From an uncultured Gammaproteobacteria bacterium (GTDB lineage Bacteria > Patescibacteriota > Microgenomatia > Levybacterales > UBA12049): a stretch of DNA of 64,000 bases. The translations under genes were made by a program, and so were the position numbers. A model generated the notes under the pieces. That model made no database searches and was not told the DNA's origin. It saw nothing but the letters and a program-made list of their open reading frames with translations. Of this stretch, positions 62,301-64,000 are shown piece after piece (position 1 is the stretch's first letter; every line of letters begins with the position of its first letter). The stretch spans positions 1,249,887 through 1,313,886 of the forward strand of contig OZ246394.1 of assembly GCA_965230895.1 (NCBI GenBank), in the 5' to 3' direction.

Positions 62301-64000
62301 CGGTGAATGAAGTTGCATTAGCGAAGTTGATTGTCGCGTTGTTGATGTTTGCAGTACCAGTTGTCGCGCCTATGTTCACTGAAGTAGCAGCACCACCAAC
62401 ATTCAATGTAGTTGCGTTTGTATTGAAGACATTTGCAGTTGCATTTGTTGTTGAGAGTGTACCGCCATTTGCAGCGACATTTCCTGATGTTGTGATGTTG
62501 CCAGTTGCAGTGATTGTACCGTTTGTTGAAACGTTTCCGTTAGAACCGATTACTGAGAAGTTTGTTCCTGTGATGTCATTTGCACCAAATGCCAATGCAG
62601 TTCCGATTTCAGCATCTGAGACATCAATTGCAGTAGTAATTCCGCCAGCAGCTGATTGGATTCGAAGGCCAGTTGCCAATGCTTCATTAGCGTCTGCGTT
62701 TTCGATCATTACTAATTGAGCTGGGTTCGTTGTATTTGTACCATCAGCCAAACCGAAGTATGAAGATCCAGTTGATCCTGCATTTGTGATAACTGAGAAG
62801 TTCGCATCAGTTGTTGTATTTTCGAGAGTGAATGAGATGTCTCGTCCGTCTGTTGAATTGATAGTGTTTCCGCCGTTGTATGCAGATTGCAATGTGATTG
62901 AAGCAGCAGAACATTTAACGATGTTGTCTGAACCATCAATACAAATGGTACTTCCAGTTGCAGTTTGGAGACCTGAAACGTTCAAGAATGAATCAGCATC
63001 TGTTTGGATGTTTACGTCATTTGTTCCTGATGGAGCAAATGTTGCTGAACCACTTGCATTGAATGCTTGTCCAGATGAAACTGTTGCGCCGCCATTGAAT
63101 GTAGACAAACCTGTTGCTGTTGTCGTCCCACCGATTGTGACATTATTATTAATTGCAGTTGTTCCAGTATTTGCACCGATATTCAATGTTGTTGCAGCAC
63201 CTGCAAAGTTAACTGTAGTAGCAGTTGTGTTGAAGAGGTTAGTTGTTGTTTGGTTGGTTGCGATTGTGCCACCGTTTGCATTGATTGTTCCACCAGTTGT
63301 TACGTTACCCGTTAATGTAGAAGTTCCATCAATTGTGAGACTTCCATTTGATTGGATATCTCCATTAGCTGAAAGGGTAGTGCCAGTTGAACCATAACCA
63401 CCACCGATTGCATTGGATGCAAATGTTGCAGCAGCATTTGGAGCAGTAAATGAAGTTGCATTCGCAAAGTTGATTGTAGAGTTGTTGATGTTTGCAGTGC
63501 CAGTTGCTGCACCGATGTTAACAGTTGTAGCAGCACCACCAACATTCAAAGTTGTAGCGTTTGTATTAAAGACATTTCCAGTTGATTGTGTTGTTGCCAA
63601 TGTTCCTGAATTTGCATTGATATTTCCTGTTGCTGTAATTGTTCCAGCAGTTGCAACATTACCACTCGCACCAGTGACTGAGAAGTTAGTTCCAGTGATA
63701 TCATTTGCACCGAATGAAAGTGCAGTACCGATTTCAGCATCGCTGACATCGATTGCAGTAGTAATACCGCCAGCAGCTGATTGGATTCGGAGACCAGTTG
63801 CCAATGCTTCATCAGTGTCCAAGTTTTCAACCAAAACTAATTGGTTTGGTGAAGTTGTATTTGTACCATTTGCCAAACCAAAGTATGAGTATCCAGTTGA
63901 ACCAGCAGCTGATGTTACTGAGAAGTTTGCATCAGTTGTTGTATTTGTCAAAGTGAATGCGATATCTCGGCCATCTGTTGTGTTAATTGTATTGCCGCCA
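44311..64000 (-). CDS. Giant repetitive fibre/adhesin-like protein, at least 6,562 aa, 5' end outside the window
   Basis: Frame stays open past the TTG at 63951 to the edge (GGNTINTTDGRDIAFTL...). Repeats, lectin-like domain, two Peptidase_G2/IMC-like domains, coiled coil, C-terminal cement-like domain. Confidence 0.93.
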   Translation of the reverse strand, partial: GGNTINTTDGRDIAFTLTNTTTDANFSVTSAAGSTGYSYFGLANGTNTTSPNQLVLVENLDTDEALATGLRIQSAAGGITTAIDVSDAEIGTALSFGANDITGTNFSVTGASGNVATAGTITATGNINANSGTLATTQSTGNVFNTNATTLNVGGAATTVNIGAATGTANINNSTINFANATSFTAPNAAATFASNAIGGGYGSTGTTLSANGDIQSNGSLTIDGTSTLTGNVTTGGTINANGGTIATNQTTTNLFNTTATTVNFAGAATTLNIGANTGTTAINNNVTIGGTTTATGLSTFNGGATVSSGQAFNASGSATFAPSGTNDVNIQTDADSFLNVSGLQTATGSTICIDGSDNIVKCSAASITLQSAYNGGNTINSTDGRDISFTLENTTTDANFSVITNAGSTGSSYFGLADGTNTTNPAQLVMIENADANEALATGLRIQSAAGGITTAIDVSDAEIGTALAFGANDITGTNFSVIGSNGNVSTNGTITATGNITTSGNVAANGGTLSTTNATANVFNTNATTLNVGGAATSVNIGATTGTANINNATINFANATSFTAPNAAATFDSIAVGGGYGSTGTTLANNGNISANGNLVIDGTSTLTGNVTTTGDIAVNGGDLTSSAGTFNLLNTGVTTLNVGGATTAYTIGGTSATGTIRGTTINFPNATTIDASLAAASLDSTTIGGGYGSTGVSISNTGNIQANGNLTVDGTSTLTGDVTTAGDVAVNGGDVTTTAGTANVFNTNATTVNVAGAATSVNIGAGSGTTTVNNALTVDDLATLNGGATVATGETFTANGQSTFSPDSTNGITFNTDADSFFTLNGLGTGTGDNLCLDGSNNVVVCTTTAGTLQSAYDAGNTITTTNNRNIGFTLADTATDSNFTVTTAAGSTGYSYFGLADGSNAAPANQLVLIENNDTNEAIAAGIRIQSAAGGITTALDVSDAEIGTALSFGANDITGTNFSVTGSNGNVSTGGTITATGNINANSGTLATTQTTGNLFNTTATTLNVGGAAATLNIGATTGTANIRNATINFANATSFTAPQAAATFDSIQIGGGYGSTGTTLSNGGNIQANGTLTVDGTSTLTGNVTAGADLAVNGGDITTSQTTASLFNATATTVNIAGAGTSVNIGAGSGTTNVNNNLLIDGTTTSTGLATFNAGATVATGQTFSANGQSTFSPDGTNDINITTDADSFLNVSGLTTAAGDNICIDGSNNIVICSTAAVTLQGAYDGGNEIVTTDGRDIDFTLDNTTTDANFTVTTAAGSTGYSYFGLADGSNAAPAGQLVLIENNDANETLAAGLKIQSAAGTITNAIDLSDAEIVNALSLGANNVTATNFSIDGSNGNITTAGNVAVNGGSLTTTAGTANVFNANATTLNVGGAATSVNIGATTGTANINNATVNFGNATSFTAPNAAATFASTAIGGGYGSTGVSISNTGNIQANGTLTVDGISTLTGNVTAGGDIAVNGGDITTNQTTASLFNATATTLNIGNAATTVSLGASTGTTTVNNALTATGLITANAGATVATGQTFNANGQSNFSPDGTNDINITTDTDSFLNISGLTTPVTAGSQLCVDGSNNVTKCSANTTTLQSAYNGGNTINTTDARDIAFTLANTTTDSNFSVTTADGSTGYSTFTRANGAGTSDPAQLILVDNLDTDRAVAAGIKIQAAAGGITNALDLSDPEIVNALSLGANDVTATNFSITGSNGNITTAGNVAVNGGSLTTTAGTANVFNANATTLNVGGAATTVNIGANSGTATINNATLSLPNATAINATGATANVDAVNVGGGYGSTGATIANNGNISANGDLTIDGTSTLTGNVTAAGDVAVNGGDITTSASTMNIANTNATTLNVGGAATDVNIGAGTGTTTLNNNLNVNMVDNNANALDIQQGTNNYINVNTTDGAENISFGNTTTNPTYSFLGTGASTFTGNINANSGTIATSQTTGNLFNTTATTLNIGGAATSLTLGATTGTANIRNATINFANATSFTAPQAAATFDSIQIGGGYGSTGTTLSNTGNIQANGTLTIDGVSTLTGNVTAGADVAVNGGDLTTNQTTASLFNGTATTLNIGGAATTVSLGAGSGTTTVNNALTATGLATFNGGATIPSGQTLTANGTSTFTPNGTNDITFATDADSTFILTGLGTASGTALCLDGSNNVVQCANATLNLQNAYVGGNTIDTTDARDIAFTLTNTATDSNFTVTTADGSTGTSIFARANGAGTSDPAQLILVDNLDTDRAVAAGIRIQSAAGGITNALDLSDPEIVNALSLGANDVTATNFSITGSNGNITTSGTITATGNINANSGTLATNQTTANLFNTNATTLNIGGAATTYTLGATSATGNIRGTTINFPNATTIDGTSATAGFDTLNVGGGYGSTGATLSNAGNIQANGNLTIDGTSTLTGNVTATGDVAINGGDLTSSAGTFNLLNTGVTTLNVGGAATALNLGAATGTTNIKNDLLIDGTTTATGLATFNAGATVATGQSFTANGASTFAPDSTNDITFTTDTDSTIILNGLGTTTGTPLCLDGGNNVVQCANATLSLQNAYAGGNTITTTDARDIAFNLANTSTDSNFTVTTAAGSTGYSYFGLANGTNTTPPAQLVMVENLDTNEAVPAGIKIQSAAGGITTALDVSDAEIGTALSFGANDITGTNFSVTGSNGNVSTSGTIGATGNITTAGDVAVNGGDVTSSATTFNLLNSGVTTLNIGGAANTYTIGGTGATGNIRGTTINFPNATTIDGTSATAGFDVVNAGGGYGSTGVTLGSTGNIQANGTLTIDGTSTLTGNVTTAADVAVNGGDLTTNQTTASLFNGTATTLNIGGAATTLNLGANTGTATINNATISLPNATVINATGATANIDTLNVGGGYGSTGMTVSNAGNIQTNGTLTVDSTSTLTGNVTAASDIAVNGGDLTTTAGTFNLINGTATTLNIGGAATTVALGAGTGITTLNNNLVANVVDGNANALDIQEGSNNYINLNTTNGAENLAFGNTITNPTFSFLGTGASTFSGNINANSGTINTNQTTANLFNTNATTLNVGGAATTLNIGATTGTANIRNATINFANATSFTAPQAAATFDSIQIGGGYGSSGTTITNAGDINMNGNLGVDGAATVSGTLTATGNINANSGTINTTQTTANLFNTTATTLNVGGAATALNLGATTGTTTVRNALTVGNNSTFTTAGAVSFSPNSTNDVTINTDADSTLVLTGLQSLTGTALCIDGSNNVGTCNSASQGLQAAYNNGNTITTTNNRDISFTLADTATDSNFSVTTADNSSSYSVFARANGAGTNDPTQLVLIDNLDADRILPVGLKIGSSGGAGVTTALDLSDASIVNALSLGANDVSATNFSITGSNGNITTAGDIAVNGGDLTTNQTTASLFNTTATTLNVGGAATTLNIGATTGTANIRNATINFANATSFTAPQAAATFDSVAIGGGYGSTGATISNAGNIQANGTLTVDGTSTLTGNVTATGDIALNGGDLTTTSGTATLFNTGATTLNVGGAATTVSLGAATGTTTVNNNLSIGNNSSLTSTGAVSFTPASTSDITINTDADSTLVLTGLQSVAGSTLCVDGSNNVGTCSAASFSLQAAYNAGNTIATTDARDIGFTLADTTTDSNFTITTADGSTGYSAFTRANGAGTADPNQLILVDNLDTNRAVAAGIKVQAAAGGITNALDLSDAEIVNALSLGANDITATNFSLTGSNGNLSTNGSIAANGGTISTNQTTFNLVDATATTVNFAGAATTLNIGGASGTATINNQTVSLPNATALNASGATLTIDAATIGGGYGSTGVSVSNAGNIQANGTLTVDGASTLTGNITSSGDLALNGGDLTTTFATATLFNTNATTLNIGNAATTVSLGATTGTTTVRNALTVANNSALTTTGAVSFSPNSTNGVTIATDSDSFLTISGLTTASGAQPTLCVNGSNQVVKCDLTANASLQAAYDNGNTITTTNNRNIGFTLADTATDANFNITTADGSTGGTVFARANGAGSADPSQLVLIDNADADRILPTGLKIGSTGGAGVTTALDLSDASIVTALSLGANDVSASNFSISGANGNITTAGNVAVNGGTLSTTATTGSLFDTNATTVTMGSAATSITTGATNATQNIRGTTINFPNATSITANSAALNISSTAIGGGYGSTGVSVSSAGDVQANGNLTVDGTSTLTGAVTASNGVTINGASTSDLISSKTTANLFNTTATTVNVGGAATTMTLGATTGTTTVRNALTVGNNSTFTTAGAVSFSPNSTNDITFATDADSTLILTGLQSVAGTTLCLDGSNNVGTCNASSLNLQTAYNNGNTITTTDARNIGFTLADTATDSNFAVTTADGSTGFSTFSRANGAGTSDPAQLILIDNADTNRAVPTGLKVTSSGGGGVTTGLDVSDASITTGIALGASNLSATNFSITGSTGNITTSGDLAVNGSDITTSGTGTATVFNTNATTLNMGGAATAYTIGATNATGNLRGTTINFNNATTISALTAAFNADSLSIGGGYGSTGVSVSNTGNIQANGTLTVDGTSTLTGNVTATGDVAVNGGDITTTAGTFNLVNANATTVNIGGAATTMAIGAAGGTATFNSSLTVASGQTFTANGQSNFSPSGTNGVTITSDADSFLTLNGLTTATGTGLCTNGSNQVVTCAAASQSLQSAYDNGNAITTTNNKDIAFTLADTTADSKFTVTTATGSTGGIEISRANGAGTADPTQLVLIQNQDTDRALPIALRIVGTPSGNVTTALDVSNADIGTALSIGANDIAGTNFSVNGANGDITSGGDAALNGGDLTTTAGTASLFNTGATTLNIGGAATTYTLGATNATGNIRGTTINFPNATSIAATSATAGFDTVNVGGGYGSTGVSISNAGNIQANGTLTVDGISTLTGAVTASSGLTIDGTTQSTLTAAKATANLFNTTATTLNIGGAATTVSLGAATGTTTVNNGLTVAGTLTANGIANIGDGGDAITASGTTVTLTANGAGNDITANLVDNNTDALDIQEGANNYININTTNGTENISFGNGSTNPSYSFLGTGNTTMTGDLIVNGGDLYATSGTTVNLFNTVQTSTLNIGGGASTLSIGASGSTTTINGGLTVSGATSNFASTAFNLTGNNPIFDLSGTGTLGINTTNNRAITFGSGTFTINSNTISLAGNAPALGVTTAATPLSINAGTTGNIRIGNVSTGNIELAGGTGTTGCTVFNANGNLTCDGIVTSNGLTVTGTTLINSTGTAATTIGNNTGALTLHGPTSLDNTLTINSGTTNVSGLRISQVTTAQTATGAFTSILGVDGSGNIGLASLNTAITNAALAYWDGVNDPTTGSQADPVPTLSGNASYVGGGNGVRLTSNANNQNGSINWDFNQLPYEHIQFNFKAGGGTGADGTWFYSYANAVPTTEYGAGMTQGYIIYFSEYGAGSGNDCIGITYGPFTDGRQCTTGGGAGNPLAVAVLPNGTIDTNQFKQADIIIRGNEIVVRIDGQPVLNYRDVYTRNLYNPDNTKFGFGARTGGSNNNHYIKGLVVGKTGTVMSDFGINNITPIGNGLYWNIVNPAMGSTSTTQTGQLGINTYTPGAALDVASSSTTQPIVNVNGTTSGTALVVNNAGTGPLMELKDSGTSVFTVANAGNVTIGASTGTGLTFSNTNITNDIQLQNGETIDNNTNGVVNINGTLMIDLASGSSDEALCGENGNGITTNVLIRDCTSTPAADYMEMYSVDDDIETGDIVAPGSTYITTKDGERVSKLVKTTSEYQSSTIGIVSNPDNAGDFNSIGHNIEEADRPMPIALNGRVPVKISASSPAIQTGDFVTTSAESGKGMKATQKGFIVGKALEDWDPNSGKTTVMVYVVNAYADPNAVPEYSGLGAWTHNGNFDILGDLTASSAAFGDVTASGSVKTPLLDLLSGSIQGINGDVISKLASDYTGIDTNKFMWKNAANQELFSIDSTGNATLSGTLTTNGGNYDLAEDYGTQDDSLQAGDVLSIDQNVDENVKKSEGTYDTTIIGVYSEKPGFRLSQNEQMISGGKAVPVALAGRVPVKVSTENGQIKKGDYLTSSSVAGIAMKATKPGQVIGKALEDFTGTGVGKVMTFVNITFADPSNKLAILTDEETIETGDVVLPSNMQIDGQVVNGSLADAFLAVNNSLTNKTTAISSLQASAISLEEKTNQLDSRLTNLESQEASKAAALAAAQQKAEEAASNAAILGDKVASTDAQLANLEQQLAEINNASNSADLASLSQRLDDLIASLNVSATPTPTSGVGSPSATPTASESAEPTPSAEDLTSPDLLIATNSASPTDNAIFATATISGEFTAYTATVQDTFKSFGKSYLGDTTISGDIMVTGKTTLEDTNVAGVLTVDDRINVGGTLSVTENEISVFGSPIENGQEPTDGILFLQKSPLANLLDIFNGAMIIDKNGSMITKGNIVAKNVETKENIKVGGNIDLAGAITITAKAGEDIKKGDALYISATKEVMIADATDEAKTVVVGIAASDAQAGKDVTIIIGGKANVLNNLEVGKQYFLGVSGALTDEAPANAVKEVPVGIAFSETEMIMQIGIEKPQELSSATPLE
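48870..64000 (-). repeat. Coding macro-repeat array of the giant gene (at least 12 units, basic unit about 1.06-1.13 kb)
   Basis: LQxAY anchors near 62885, 61425, 60300, 59205, 57462, 56337, 54258, 53202, 52140, 51075 and 50016, plus a partial unit at the edge; 16 GGGYGS(T/S)G motifs. Confidence 0.92.

Noticed and set aside
49400-63410. GYGST motif resembling ice-nucleation protein repeats (AGYGST)
   Set aside because: Ice-nucleation proteins have contiguous 8/16-residue tandem repeats; here the motif occurs once per roughly 110-380 aa.
44303-63830. Dozens of plus-strand and alternate-frame ORFs (Val/Pro/Ala-rich or Leu/Gln-rich) within the giant gene
   Set aside because: Shadows of the biased Thr/Gly/Ala/Asn codons; they repeat with the same period and have no independent signals.
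1-64000. CRISPR array or cas genes
   Set aside because: No equal-length direct repeats with unique spacers; all long repeats are coding.

Overview
Origin-proximal chromosomal window from a low-GC bacterium using genetic code 11. The gene inventory (DUF4012, Gmad2-like, CAP, AAA-wHTH, short ValRS, giant repeat protein) points to Patescibacteria/CPR, probably Microgenomates; this is inference. 1-30.6 kb is mostly housekeeping: dnaA (missed by the ORF track, runs off the left edge), rpmH-rnpA-yidD-yidC-jag, pgk, valS, rplY, ruvC/ruvAB, a P-type ATPase, comM, dnaG-rpoD and tRNA-Asn. 30.7-44.2 kb is accessory: an ArsR-VOC-SRPBCC operon, an orphan histidine kinase, a SET-domain protein, an IS1595 remnant, an O-antigen-ligase/TPR protein and two tandem class A beta-lactamase-like proteins. 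The last 19.7 kb is one minus-strand ORF of at least 6,562 codons that is still open at the right edge. It encodes a Thr/Gly/Asn/Ala-rich fibre-like protein of at least 12 macro-repeats with Cys-pair joints, then an L-type lectin-like domain, two tandem phage-type intramolecular-chaperone/autocleavage-like domains, a coiled coil and a cement-like C-terminal domain. No other phage genes are nearby. Also seen: about 18 genes with a -10 hexamer 6-8 nt before the start codon (leaderless mRNAs), a candidate structured sRNA upstream of dnaG, a decayed NUDIX gene, an unannotated 37-aa ORF and a REP-like pair.
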